From contig CAZAYU010000001.1 in the NCBI GenBank assembly GCA_964489445.1, positions 375,968 through 439,967 of the forward strand: a DNA stretch of 64,000 bases. The letters are read 5' to 3'. Positions 9,743 to 20,124 of the stretch are shown piece after piece (positions within the stretch are counted from its first letter, which is position 1; every line of letters begins with the position of its first letter). The position numbers were made by a program, and so were the translations under genes. The notes beneath the pieces were generated by a model. That model saw only the letters and a list, made by a program, of their open reading frames with translations, was not told where the DNA came from and made no database searches. The stretch is from an uncultured Planctomycetia bacterium (GTDB lineage Bacteria > Omnitrophota > Gorgyraeia > Duberdicusellales > 4484-171).

Positions 9743-10747
9743 CTATCCTATTAAATTCATTTGTGTATTCGACTTAGTAATTCTGCCAATATAATGCGCT
9801 TTCGAATTCTTATTTAAAGTAGTTAATGCTTTCCCTGCGTATTTTTTACTCGTTACTACAACCATTCCTATCCCCATATTAAATACTGAATACATTTCTT
9901 TTTCATCTAGATTGCCACTTTCCTGGATAACTTTAAAAATTTCCGGAACCTTCCAGTTCGCCTTTTCAATTACCATCCCCAATCCTCTAGGCAAAATCTT
10001 AGTCGCCTTGCTATAAAAAGCACCACCCGTAACGTGAGCAATTCCTTTTACACCTAGCAAAGAACCTTTATCCGCAAGCAATGAAAGTATTGATCTTACA
10101 TATAGCTGAGTAGGAACTAATAATTGCTTCTTATTTTCTCTAATTCCTTTGACACCCAAAGCTTTTCTTGCTAAAGAAAATCCATTAGAATGTAGCCCCG
10201 AAGATTCTAGCCCAATTATCACATCTCCGTCATGAATATTCTTACCACTTACTATTTTATTTTTATCAACAACCCCAACACAAAACCCAGCTAAATCATA
10301 TTCGCAAGGCTTATACATCCCTGGCATTTCCGCAGTTTCACCGCCTAAAAGCACACACTTTGATTCTTGGAGCGCATCTTTAATTCCTTCCATTACTTTC
10401 TGCAAAATATTCTGTTTTAGCTGACCACACGCAATATAATCCAAAAAAAACAGAGGTTTAGCGCCCAAACAAACAACATCGTTAACATTCATTGCCACCA
10501 AATCTATTCCGACTCCCCGATGAATATTAAATTGCTGAGCCAATATTAATTTAGTTCCGACTCCATCGGCCGAAGAAACTAAAACAGGATTTTTATGCTT
10601 GCAAAACAACGCCTTAAGCGGAAACATTGAACCAAAGGCTAATGTCTTATTTGCATTATTCTTCGGAAAAATGTCACCAATACTCTGAATGAACTTTTCA
10701 GCCTTACTCACACTTACTCCGGATTTTTTATATGTTAATTTTCCCAT
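9743..10747 (-). CDS. purM: Phosphoribosylformylglycinamidine cyclo-ligase (AIR synthetase)
   Basis: PurM family similarity over 334 aa. Confidence 0.95.
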   Translation of the reverse strand: MGKLTYKKSGVSVSKAEKFIQSIGDIFPKNNANKTLAFGSMFPLKALFCKHKNPVLVSSADGVGTKLILAQQFNIHRGVGIDLVAMNVNDVVCLGAKPLFFLDYIACGQLKQNILQKVMEGIKDALQESKCVLLGGETAEMPGMYKPCEYDLAGFCVGVVDKNKIVSGKNIHDGDVIIGLESSGLHSNGFSLARKALGVKGIRENKKQLLVPTQLYVRSILSLLADKGSLLGVKGIAHVTGGAFYSKATKILPRGLGMVIEKANWKVPEIFKVIQESGNLDEKEMYSVFNMGIGMVVVTSKKYAGKALTTLNKNSKAHYIGRITKSNTQMNLIG

Positions 10748-10767
10748 TACTTTTCTTCTTTTGTTTG

Positions 10768-12162
10768 CTATTCACGTCCCTGCCAACAATAAAGGCAAAG
10801 CTTTTCTTTTTCTAACCCAATAGCACTAACCATATCCTCAATCATTTGAAATCGTAAAGTAGTTACTCCTAAATCTTGCGCAATCCACTCAACCATCTTT
10901 TTATATTTATCAGAGCTAGGATTTAAATACTCGCTAATATCTTCTATCTCTTTACCCTCTAAATCCTTGATTGCACGACGTGCTGCGAGCTCATTATGAT
11001 TTCGAGTCGAAAGACAAAATTTACAAGGAAACATTAGAGGCGGACAAGCCGGACGAACATGTATCTCCTTGGCCCCAGATTCCCAAAGTTTTTTGATAGT
11101 AAAATTCTTCAACTGAGTTCCCCGGACTATAGAATCTTCACATATTACAATTTTATTTCCCTCAATAATATCCTTCACCGCAATTAATTTCATTTTCGCA
11201 ATAAAATCACGTATTTCTTGTGAAGGTGGAGTGTAACTGCGCCCATAACCAGGTGTATACTTAACCAGCGGCCTCCGGTAAGGTTTACGTGATTCCATAG
11301 CGTAGCCAATAGCATGAGCAATACCTGAGTCAGGAACTCCAGAAACTATATCTACTTCAATATCCTTATCATTACTAGCTAAAAATTTTCCACACCGTTC
11401 TCTTACTATCTCTACATTAATTCCTTCATAACTAGAAGCAGGAAATCCAGTGTATATCCAAAGAAAGGAGCAGATTTTTTTAGTTTTACCACCCGGCCGT
11501 TTCTGAACCAAACCTTCTTCACTCAATAACACTACTTCTCCAGGCTCAAGATATTTTACCATTTCAAAACCTAGATTAGAAAAAGCACTATTTTCAGAAG
11601 TTACTGCCCAAGAACTATTTTTCTTCCCTATCGTAAGTGAAGTAAACCCTAGACGGTCTCTGGCAGCATAGATACCATCTTTTGACAAAATCAATAAAGA
11701 ACAAGACCCCTTTATAGCCTCGAACATCTTCTCAATTCCTTCTACCAGATTATTTCCTTGATTTATCAATTTTGCTACTAATTCAGTAACATTAACCTGC
11801 CCTTTAGTCAACTCACTAAATGAAATTCCTTTTTCAAGAAGAATCTCAGCTAATTCCTTTTTATTATCAATTAATCCAGCAGTTACAATACAAAAAGGAC
11901 CAAACTTGGAATTTAGATATACTGGCTGCTCATCAAAATCACTAATAACTCCAATGCCTTTATTTCCTTCAATATTTTTATAATCTTCAAAAAATTTTGA
12001 TTTAAACTGGCTCTGACTGATATTATGTATTTGCCGGTGAAAAGTTTCTCCTAAAACTGCCACCCCTCCATACTCAGTTCCCATGTGAGAATGATAATCT
12101 ACCCCATAGAATAAATCACGTGTACAATTTTTTTTTGCTACCACTCCAAACATCCCGCTCAT
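10768..12162 (-). CDS. purF: Amidophosphoribosyltransferase (PurF-like; N-terminal nucleophile position is Ser, not Cys)
   Basis: PRTase motif VICEDSIVRGT and C-terminal Cys ligands. The N-terminus reads MSGMFGVV instead of the canonical MCGI(V/F)G. The codon AGC at 12157-12159 differs from TGC by one base. Confidence 0.85.
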   Translation of the reverse strand: MSGMFGVVAKKNCTRDLFYGVDYHSHMGTEYGGVAVLGETFHRQIHNISQSQFKSKFFEDYKNIEGNKGIGVISDFDEQPVYLNSKFGPFCIVTAGLIDNKKELAEILLEKGISFSELTKGQVNVTELVAKLINQGNNLVEGIEKMFEAIKGSCSLLILSKDGIYAARDRLGFTSLTIGKKNSSWAVTSENSAFSNLGFEMVKYLEPGEVVLLSEEGLVQKRPGGKTKKICSFLWIYTGFPASSYEGINVEIVRERCGKFLASNDKDIEVDIVSGVPDSGIAHAIGYAMESRKPYRRPLVKYTPGYGRSYTPPSQEIRDFIAKMKLIAVKDIIEGNKIVICEDSIVRGTQLKNFTIKKLWESGAKEIHVRPACPPLMFPCKFCLSTRNHNELAARRAIKDLEGKEIEDISEYLNPSSDKYKKMVEWIAQDLGVTTLRFQMIEDMVSAIGLEKEKLCLYCWQGRE

Positions 12163-12209
12163 ATCTTTCCCCTTTGTTATTACTTAAATTACTGTTTAAA
12201 ATAAAAAAA

Positions 12210-12962
12210 TCATTTAAAATGGGCGACAGCATTGTCAAAAAACCTTAATCCCCAAGGAAAGACATCCTCATCTTTCCAAAAAGGTGAATGATGCTTAAAG
12301 ATGAATCGTTCCGGATGGGGCATTATCCCTAACACTTTTCCGCTGAAATCAGTAATAGCCGCAATGCTATTTAGCGAACCATTAGGATTAACAGGATAAA
12401 TACCCTTATTACCAGCTGCATCAACATACCTTAAAGCAACTTGGTTATTGCTCTCTATTCTATCTAAAATATTATCTTCTGCATAGAATTTTCCTTCTCC
12501 GTGAGCTATCGGCAAATTAATAATCGGTGGTAAATCTTTGAGCCAAATATTTTTTGCCTCTACTTTTAGATGAACCCAACGATCTTCAAACCGAGCAGAA
12601 TCATTATATGTTAAGGTAGTTTTTTGCTTAAAATCTAAATCCGGTAATATTCCAGTCTTAACCAAAACCTGAAACCCATTACACACTCCTAAGATAAGCC
12701 CTCCACGCTCTAAAAACTTTTCTAGCCTATCTCTTAGCCAGGAAATTAACTCTAAGGAAAGTATTTTCCCTGCTCCCAAGTCATCTCCATAACTAAATCC
12801 GCCTGGAATACAAAAAATTTGAAAATCAGACAGCCCTTCTTTACGAAAAAGATAATTAATATGTCGAAGACTAGTACTTGCACCTGCTAGATTAAAAGCA
12901 AACTCTGTTTCTTTGTCACAGTTTGTGCCAGCAGTCCGAACAATTAATACTTTAGGTTTCAT
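12210..12962 (-). CDS. purQ: FGAM synthase glutaminase subunit
   Basis: Class I GATase (GVCNGFQ ... HPE). Confidence 0.9.
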   Translation of the reverse strand: MKPKVLIVRTAGTNCDKETEFAFNLAGASTSLRHINYLFRKEGLSDFQIFCIPGGFSYGDDLGAGKILSLELISWLRDRLEKFLERGGLILGVCNGFQVLVKTGILPDLDFKQKTTLTYNDSARFEDRWVHLKVEAKNIWLKDLPPIINLPIAHGEGKFYAEDNILDRIESNNQVALRYVDAAGNKGIYPVNPNGSLNSIAAITDFSGKVLGIMPHPERFIFKHHSPFWKDEDVFPWGLRFFDNAVAHFK

Positions 12963-12996
12963 ATTTTAAGGAATCTACTTTTATAGCAAACAAAGA

Positions 12997-15897
12997 TTAT
13001 GAAAGATTACAACGAAATTCTTTGAATGTCTTAAGCCAAGATTCTTTTAGCTCTTCAACTTTTAGGTTAATTATTTCCCGACTATGCTTATCGTAAACAC
13101 CTAGTTTTCTATGTTTGCAAGTACACCCGATAAGGCCAAAAGGTACATCTTTCATTTGTTTCTCAAAGGCATCTTTATGTTTTTTAGCTACTTCCACGAC
13201 AAACCGCGAAGAAGACTCCGAAAACAATACCTCATAGCAAAACATTGAATTATCATGCGGTATTTCTTCCAAAAACACATTAACTCCTAAGTCACCGCCA
13301 ATGCACATTTCTGCCAAACATACACCAATTCCTCCTTCGGATAAATCATGACAAGACATTACAATTTTTTTGTTAATAGCTTCACTTAAATTATCGAAAA
13401 TAATTTTAGCAGTTTTTTTATCGACCCTAGGAACTATTCCTTCTTTTATGTCCAAACAACGAAAGTATTCCGAAGCGCCCATTTCTGGATAAGTCTGTCC
13501 AACAACATACACTAAACTCTCTGCTTCTTTAAAATTACTACTTATCGTAATTTGCCAATCAGGAATGACAGAAACTGCTGAGATTAAGAGTGTTCCTGGA
13601 ATAGCAATATGTTTTTCTCCCACTAAATATTCATTATAAAGACTATCTTTCCCAGAGATAAACGGAACCTGAAAATATGTTGAAAAATCTCGGCATGCCC
13701 ACGCAGCCCTAACTAATCCGCCTAAAGTCTTTTTGTCCAAGGGAGAACCCCAACTAAAATTATCCAAAATAAAAGTGTTTTTTAAACTACCTCCAACCGC
13801 AATTATATTTCTCAAGGCTTCATTAATAGCTGATGCAGCCATCCAGTAAGGGTCGATATCTGAATAAAAAGGGTTTATGCCTAAACCGATAGCCACGCAC
13901 TTATCACTTTTTAAATCCGGCCTAACTACAGATGCATCGTTGACAATTATTTTTTCTATTCCAGAAATAGACTTTAGCACCGAACCTGATTGGACCTCAT
14001 GATCGTATTCTCGAACAACCCAATCTTTGCAAGCAATACCGGGCCGAGAGAGAAGATTTTTTAGCTCTTGATTATAATTATCTTTATCTTTTAGTTTACG
14101 ATCTGTTTCTTTATTCTTTACCCAAATTGCCTTTTTTACCAATTTAGGAAGTTGAAAAATAAAATCCATATCTAAATCGCAAACTTTATCTTGCCCATAA
14201 AATAAAACTAGCTTTTTGCTGTCTGTTACCTTTCCCACTACAGACAAGTCTACATCTTCCTCGGAAAATATAGACTTTAATTTATCCAAATTCTCAACCG
14301 GAGCAAAAAATACCATTCTTTCTTGAGATTCGGATATCCAAATTTCAGTATAAGTTAATCCCCGATATTTTAAAGGCACTTTATTTAAATCAACTTCAAC
14401 GCCATATTCGCCGGATAATTCAGTTATCGCGCTGGAAATTCCCCCTGCCCCGCAATCAGTTATCGCCCGAAATAAATCATCATCTCTGGCTCTTAAAATT
14501 GCTTCGACAAGCTTCTTCTCCTCAATAGGATTACCTATCTGCACAGCGCTAGTTAACCCTACAGTTTGTTCGTCCAACTCTTGAGAAGAAAATGTTGCCC
14601 CGTGAATCCCGTCTCTTCCGGTTTTTGCACCACACAATATAACTAAATCACCTGGCTTAACTTCTTTGAAAGATTTTTCTTTAGGAAGTATCCCTAGCGT
14701 TCCACAATAAACCAAAGGATTACCTAAAAAACGCTCATCAAACAAAACCGCTCCGCTAACTGTAGGAATTCCCATTCTATTTCCATAGTCACGCACCCCT
14801 TTTATCACCCCCTTGATTATTCGCTTAGGATGAAGCAACCCTTCTGGTAAATCTTCAATCTTCATGTTCCAGGGTGAAAAACAAAATACATCTATAGATG
14901 CAAATGGTTTTGCCGCGCATCCGGTTCCCAGAATATCCCTAATTACTCCGCCAATACCTGTTGATGCTCCGCCGTATGGCTCAAGACTTGAAGGATGATT
15001 GTGAGTCTCGACTTTAAAGCAAATATTGTTCGATTCATCAAACTTTACAACTCCGGAATTATCATCAAACACCGAGACACAAGAAGGAGAATTTATTTCT
15101 TCGGTAGCCTTAACAACTGTTGTTTTTAGTAGATTATTTATTCTTTCTTCCTTGATTATGCTCCCGTTTTCTGATTGCTCTTGATACTCAATAATTCCCC
15201 GAAAAGTCTGATGGCTGCAATGTTCAGACCAAAGAGTAGCAATAGTCTCTAGTTCGCAATCTGTAGGGTTTCTTCCCTCTTTCTTAAAATAGTCCTGCAC
15301 CACCTTCATTTCTTCTGGGCTTAGTGCCAAACATCCCTTCTTAGAAATTTCTTCTAATTCTTCTGCCGAAGAATCAATTAAGCTAACTATCACCCGATTA
15401 AATTGATAATCTTTCCCTTTAAACTCATCTAAGGTGTCAACATTTTTAACCTTTTGATAGTTAAGTAAATGCTCAATCAACGGATTATACAATATTTTGG
15501 GAGCCAAATAAAAAATATCCTGTTGCGCTAATCCTTGAAATTCATAAAAACGGGCGGTTATCGCATTGTTAAATTCAAGCGACAAAATTTCAACAGCTTT
15601 TCTTAATGAGTCAATAATAGAATCATAAACTCCCGGATTATAAGTTATCAAGATTTGATTATCCGGTGGGCATACATTAAACAGTCCTTGGGTGAGAAAA
15701 TAATCTTCAATTAACGGATCAGTCAATAATTCACTAGCAACTCTTTCTGCCTGCTTGTGGTCAAAGTCCGCTTCAATAAAATAAACTTTACGAGAATAAA
15801 CATTTACTTTTGCGTTGTTTCCTAAATCTTCTATTTGGGAAACAATATCCGCGCAAGACTGTTTTTGTTTGGCAAAAGTATCAATTCTCCAAATCAT
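12997..15897 (-). CDS. purL: FGAM synthase II (PurL) with an N-terminal PurS-like domain plus linker
   Basis: PurL core begins at ...LWSEHCSHQTF. The preceding ~230 aa end in ...ASELLTDPLIEDYFL, resembling the PurS C-terminus. Confidence 0.9.
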   Translation of the reverse strand: MIWRIDTFAKQKQSCADIVSQIEDLGNNAKVNVYSRKVYFIEADFDHKQAERVASELLTDPLIEDYFLTQGLFNVCPPDNQILITYNPGVYDSIIDSLRKAVEILSLEFNNAITARFYEFQGLAQQDIFYLAPKILYNPLIEHLLNYQKVKNVDTLDEFKGKDYQFNRVIVSLIDSSAEELEEISKKGCLALSPEEMKVVQDYFKKEGRNPTDCELETIATLWSEHCSHQTFRGIIEYQEQSENGSIIKEERINNLLKTTVVKATEEINSPSCVSVFDDNSGVVKFDESNNICFKVETHNHPSSLEPYGGASTGIGGVIRDILGTGCAAKPFASIDVFCFSPWNMKIEDLPEGLLHPKRIIKGVIKGVRDYGNRMGIPTVSGAVLFDERFLGNPLVYCGTLGILPKEKSFKEVKPGDLVILCGAKTGRDGIHGATFSSQELDEQTVGLTSAVQIGNPIEEKKLVEAILRARDDDLFRAITDCGAGGISSAITELSGEYGVEVDLNKVPLKYRGLTYTEIWISESQERMVFFAPVENLDKLKSIFSEEDVDLSVVGKVTDSKKLVLFYGQDKVCDLDMDFIFQLPKLVKKAIWVKNKETDRKLKDKDNYNQELKNLLSRPGIACKDWVVREYDHEVQSGSVLKSISGIEKIIVNDASVVRPDLKSDKCVAIGLGINPFYSDIDPYWMAASAINEALRNIIAVGGSLKNTFILDNFSWGSPLDKKTLGGLVRAAWACRDFSTYFQVPFISGKDSLYNEYLVGEKHIAIPGTLLISAVSVIPDWQITISSNFKEAESLVYVVGQTYPEMGASEYFRCLDIKEGIVPRVDKKTAKIIFDNLSEAINKKIVMSCHDLSEGGIGVCLAEMCIGGDLGVNVFLEEIPHDNSMFCYEVLFSESSSRFVVEVAKKHKDAFEKQMKDVPFGLIGCTCKHRKLGVYDKHSREIINLKVEELKESWLKTFKEFRCNLS

Positions 15898-15963
15898 AGA
15901 ATAATGCCTCTCCGACTAATTATCTGCTTATAGTAATTTATCAAAAGCAAATATTAGAAAACC

Positions 15964-17256
15964 CTACAACAACTTAAATCTTTTATAAATTTTATCAATA
16001 TTAGATAAATAAGAATAGGGATTGAAAATTTCTTCCAATTCTGGTTTACTCAAAAATTTCATCAATTTTTTATCCTTTAAAGAAACTTCTTTAAAACTAG
16101 ACTTTTGATTAATGACATCTAAAGCTATTTTTTGAACAATATCATAAGCGCTAATCCTAGATAGCCCTTTACCCATCAGCTTAACAAGAATTTTTTGTGA
16201 ATAAACAATCCCGCGATTTAATTCCATGTTTTTAACCATACTCTGGCTATTAGTTTTTAGCCCCTTAACAACTTCCCGGAATTTTTTAAGCATATAGCTT
16301 ATTGCTGCAGTAGAATCTGGTAAAATAACTCTCTCAGCTGAAGAATGAGAAATATCCCGTTCATGCCATAAATTTATATTTTCAAAGGCAACCAGCATGT
16401 TTCCTCTTAAAATTCGGGCTAATCCACAAATTCGTTCACAAATAACCGGATTCTGTTTGTGCGGCATTGCACTGGAGCCCTTCTGCCCCTTATAAAAAGG
16501 TTCGCTAGCTTCAGCTACTTCACTTCGTTGTAAATGCCTTATCTCTGTAGAAAATCTTTCTAATGTCGACCCCAATAAAGAAACTACCGATAGATAATAA
16601 GCAATTCTTTCCCGGGAAACTACTTGTGTAGAAACTAAAGCGTTATTAATCCCTAGCTTTTTACAGATATACTCTTCTACTCGCGGATTAAAATAAGCAA
16701 AAGTTCCTACTGCTCCAGATACCTTTCCGCAACACACAACCTTTAAACTCTCAGAAAGCAATTTTCTCTCTTCACATAAATCATTATACAAATAAAGAAA
16801 TTTTAAACCGAAGCTGTAAATTTCTGCATGCATTCCGTGAGTTCTGGCCATGCATAATGTATCTTTGTATTGAAGCGCTTTTCTTCGAACATCAGTAATA
16901 ACTAAATCTAAATCCTTGAGTATAGCTTCACTGACATCTTTTATCTGCCAAGCTAATGTAGTGTCCAAAAGATCGGAAGAGGTTATCCCTAAGTGTAAGT
17001 ACTGAGCATCCTTTCCTAATTGCGGAGAAATATGTTTTAAAAAAGCAACAATATCGTGATGGGTTTTTTGTTCAATCTTTTTTATTTTCTGAGGCGAAAT
17101 TTTAACTTTATCAAACGCTTTGGCTGCTGATTTGGGAATTTTCTTTTCTCGGGCCAAAGCCTCACAAAGCAATTGCTCGATCCTTAAAAATCGCTTAAAT
17201 TTCTCTTCATCAGTCCAAATTCTACTAATTTCTTTAGGTGCGTAACGTTCAATCAT
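15964..17256 (-). CDS. purB: Adenylosuccinate lyase
   Basis: Fumarate-lyase family (GSSAMPHKQNP signature); 430 aa. Confidence 0.9.
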   Translation of the reverse strand: MIERYAPKEISRIWTDEEKFKRFLRIEQLLCEALAREKKIPKSAAKAFDKVKISPQKIKKIEQKTHHDIVAFLKHISPQLGKDAQYLHLGITSSDLLDTTLAWQIKDVSEAILKDLDLVITDVRRKALQYKDTLCMARTHGMHAEIYSFGLKFLYLYNDLCEERKLLSESLKVVCCGKVSGAVGTFAYFNPRVEEYICKKLGINNALVSTQVVSRERIAYYLSVVSLLGSTLERFSTEIRHLQRSEVAEASEPFYKGQKGSSAMPHKQNPVICERICGLARILRGNMLVAFENINLWHERDISHSSAERVILPDSTAAISYMLKKFREVVKGLKTNSQSMVKNMELNRGIVYSQKILVKLMGKGLSRISAYDIVQKIALDVINQKSSFKEVSLKDKKLMKFLSKPELEEIFNPYSYLSNIDKIYKRFKLL

Positions 17257-17301
17257 AAAACCCTCTTTTCCTGTTAGTGCTTTTAATCTGCTTTCCCGCC
17301 A

Positions 17302-18541
17302 TTAATCATAATCAAAGCATGTAGCTCCACAAAAATTTGATTCATTGCTACTATTGTCCTGATTCCACAACGTCCAATCATTACCTGTTTTGGATACCTT
17401 ACAAAAACAATCAAATCCTCCAGGACCGCCAACTGCAGATAATACACAAAAGTCATGTTCGCCCATATTTGTTGTTTTTGTGCCTGTGATCCTTATAGTA
17501 TTAGAATATTCTGTAGTCGTAAACGAAGATGCTCCACCAAAATCTTTCCAACCTCCACCATCATGATATTTGAAATTAGTATCAACACTATCATAATAAA
17601 TACTACCTGCGCTGCCAGTAGGAGCGCTGGCTTGCGGTTCAAGGTTCAATGTGCCTTCACCGGCCGCTTATTTCAAGTGTCGCTTTCGGATCATCTGTGT
17701 TAATCCCTACCCTCCCATCACTCGTTCCGGTATCTTTTATTCTCATGGTTTCTGCTGAATTCTTTGTGAATAATATTATGTCGGAAGCCTCATCGTTGGG
17801 AGAACTCTTTATATACAGATTTTTATCGTTATGGTGAGTCCAAATTCCACCCTTAAACACGCCTCCTGGACCCCAAAGCCCCAGCCCACAATTAGATGTA
17901 CCATCATCCTCTATACGTATTGCTACAGCATCACTACCATTGCTTGTTCCTTTAATGTGCAGCAACATTTGTGGATCCGTTGTCCCAATGCCGACATTGC
18001 CCTGGTCTGCTCCAGAAGCACCTGTCTGCATATAAATTGGATACTGTCTACCTGTTCCAGACTGCTCTCCTGTATTTAAAATAATCCCGCCTCCCTTAAA
18101 ATTAGTAATCTGTAAATCATAAGGCACAGTGCCTGTATCAGCAACCCAAACCCCGGCTAACTGGCTTCCGTCATTTATATCCATTTCATCGCTAACAGTA
18201 AAACCATAGCAATTACTACCAGTTTGCTTTAAATCGCCAAAAGATAGGTACCCATTGCCCATTGCTATCTGCAAGCGAATGTCAGCACTACCTGGCGCTA
18301 CCCCATCTGAAATCTCTGCTCCCCATTCAGGCATAGGCGTCTCAACATATTCATCACCAATTGCCATTCTTCTTGATCGCAATTCATTATAAATCCCATA
18401 AGGCGCAGGATAATAGGTAATAATTGTAATCTTTTCTTCAGGGATGGTTGTTTCGGCAAAGGAAGACAGAGAAAACATTACTGACAGTAAAAATACGCTT
18501 ACTGAAAAATAAACAATATTCTTTCGAAGAAATAATTTCAT
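17302..18541 (-). pseudogene. Disrupted member of the secreted Gly-rich 'TTIPEERITIITYYPAPYG' paralog family (two ORFs, 17657-18541 and 17302-17649)
   Basis: The upstream ORF ends ...ATLEISGR at a TGA (17657-17659). The downstream ORF, frame-shifted by 7 nt, continues the alignment to the paralog at 18563-20062 (NLEPQASAPTGSAGSIYYD vs ESDVNPGDAGDLYYD). The downstream ORF starts on TTG. Confidence 0.6.
17950..18470. repeat. About 500 bp direct repeat (>90% nt identity) shared by the 5' halves of the tandem paralogs; the partner copy is at about 19470-19970
   Basis: Example: 18231-18290 vs 19751-19800 are near-identical, and 18330-18410 vs 19843-19925 are about 97% identical. Confidence 0.8.
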
Positions 18542-18562
18542 AACTTATCCTCCTTTTTACAA

Positions 18563-20062
18563 TTATCGATAACCGATAATATATATAGATCCAAAAGCAT
18601 TTTTTGTAGTTGAATTTCCTGTCCGTTCAACATACACCTTTTTTCCTGTGGTAACCGGTAACCAGAAATGGTCCGAATTTGTTACCCACGCACTATTGTC
18701 GTATAGCTTATAAAACATATAATTTGCATATTTTTTTGATCCCTCTTTGGTGTAAATCTTTAAAGTCACATTGCCACTACCCAAAGTTCCGCCAATTGAG
18801 GTGTATGCATAAAACAATACCTCCTTAGCATTGGCCGGAACATAAGAGCTGAAACTCTTGACAAAAGAAGAACTAGCGGTAAGTATCGGAAGAACTCCTA
18901 ACAATTTTTTTCCTATGGGAGTCCATGATTTATCCCCTCCAAAATCATTCCAGCTCGTTCCATCGTGATACCGAAATCTATCAGAATCAATGTCATAATA
19001 AAGATCGCCGGCATCACCAGGATTAACGTCTGATTCTGCTTTGGGAGTATAACGTGCCTTTCCATCGAGATAAATGTTTCCTTTAAAATAACCAGCCCAA
19101 TAATTATCCGTATAATCTTTATAACTTAACATGGCGACAGTATTAGGTATCGATGAGCCTATGATTGTCGTTGATTCCATATGGGTTGCAAGTCCAGCAT
19201 TACCTTTAATGTCGTTGACCACCCCAAAAAGACCAAGAGCATGTTCACTTCCTGTGAAACCTCCAACTGCTAAAGCTCCCCGGGTAATTTTATCTGTTGC
19301 GGTATTTGTGTAGGCAACAATACCCGACACTCCACCATCTTTTTTTATCTTAAACTCATTAATTTTCACGCCCATACCTACCGGATAATCACTTCCAAAA
19401 GGAGAAGGAACATCAAACAATCCAGTGCTAATAGTTACATCAATATCGTTTGAATTTTCGATTATCTGCAGCGTTCCTTTAGGATCAACTGTTCCAATAC
19501 CTACATTGCCAGCTGGTAAGGCTCCTGAATCTGTGTATGTTTGCATACAAATTGGATATGGTCTACCTGTTGCAGAATCCTCTTTCGTATTTAAAATAAT
19601 CCCGCCACCAATAAAATTAGTAATCTGTAGATCATAAGGCACAGTACCTGTATCAGCAACCCAAAACCCGGCTAACTGGCTTCCGGCATCTATGTCCATT
19701 GCATCGCTAACAACAAAACCATAACAATTACTACCAGTTTGCTGTAAGTCGCCAAAAGATAGATACCCATTGCCCATTGCTATCTGCAAGCGAATATCAG
19801 CTGTGCTCCCAGAACCATCTGGAATATCCGTTCCCCATTGAGGCATAGGCGTCTCAACATATTCATCGCCAATTGCCATTCTTCTTGATCGCAATTCATT
19901 GTAAATCCCATAAGGCGCAGGATAATAGGTAATAATTGTAATTCTTTCTTCAGGAACACTTGATGCGGCAAAAGAAAAAACAGGAAGTATCAAGAAAGAT
20001 AAAAACATTAATGCTAAACAAAGGCTTAATCTTTTACTCATTATTTTTCCCTCTTTTCTCAT
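18563..20062 (-). CDS. Secreted Gly-rich repeat protein, paralog family member (putative surface fibre/adhesin)
   Basis: Signal peptide (...PVFSFA), then SSVPEERITIITYYPAPYGIYNELRSRRMAIGD, GNVGIGTVDPKG repeats, and the C-terminal LYYDIDSDRFRYHDGTSWNDFGG motif. The true start is probably the internal MSKRL. Confidence 0.7.
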   Translation of the reverse strand: MRKEGKIMSKRLSLCLALMFLSFLILPVFSFAASSVPEERITIITYYPAPYGIYNELRSRRMAIGDEYVETPMPQWGTDIPDGSGSTADIRLQIAMGNGYLSFGDLQQTGSNCYGFVVSDAMDIDAGSQLAGFWVADTGTVPYDLQITNFIGGGIILNTKEDSATGRPYPICMQTYTDSGALPAGNVGIGTVDPKGTLQIIENSNDIDVTISTGLFDVPSPFGSDYPVGMGVKINEFKIKKDGGVSGIVAYTNTATDKITRGALAVGGFTGSEHALGLFGVVNDIKGNAGLATHMESTTIIGSSIPNTVAMLSYKDYTDNYWAGYFKGNIYLDGKARYTPKAESDVNPGDAGDLYYDIDSDRFRYHDGTSWNDFGGDKSWTPIGKKLLGVLPILTASSSFVKSFSSYVPANAKEVLFYAYTSIGGTLGSGNVTLKIYTKEGSKKYANYMFYKLYDNSAWVTNSDHFWLPVTTGKKVYVERTGNSTTKNAFGSIYIIGYR

Positions 20063-20124
20063 ATAGCTTATTATACATACCCAACATAAAAAATAAATAA
20101 AAATTATTTAATTTTTAACACTAC

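Noticed and set aside
17650-17660. Alternative genetic code (TGA read as a sense codon), which would make the split paralog continuous
   Set aside because: The two halves are also offset by 7 nt, a frameshift, so recoding TGA alone does not join them. All other genes terminate sensibly under the standard code.
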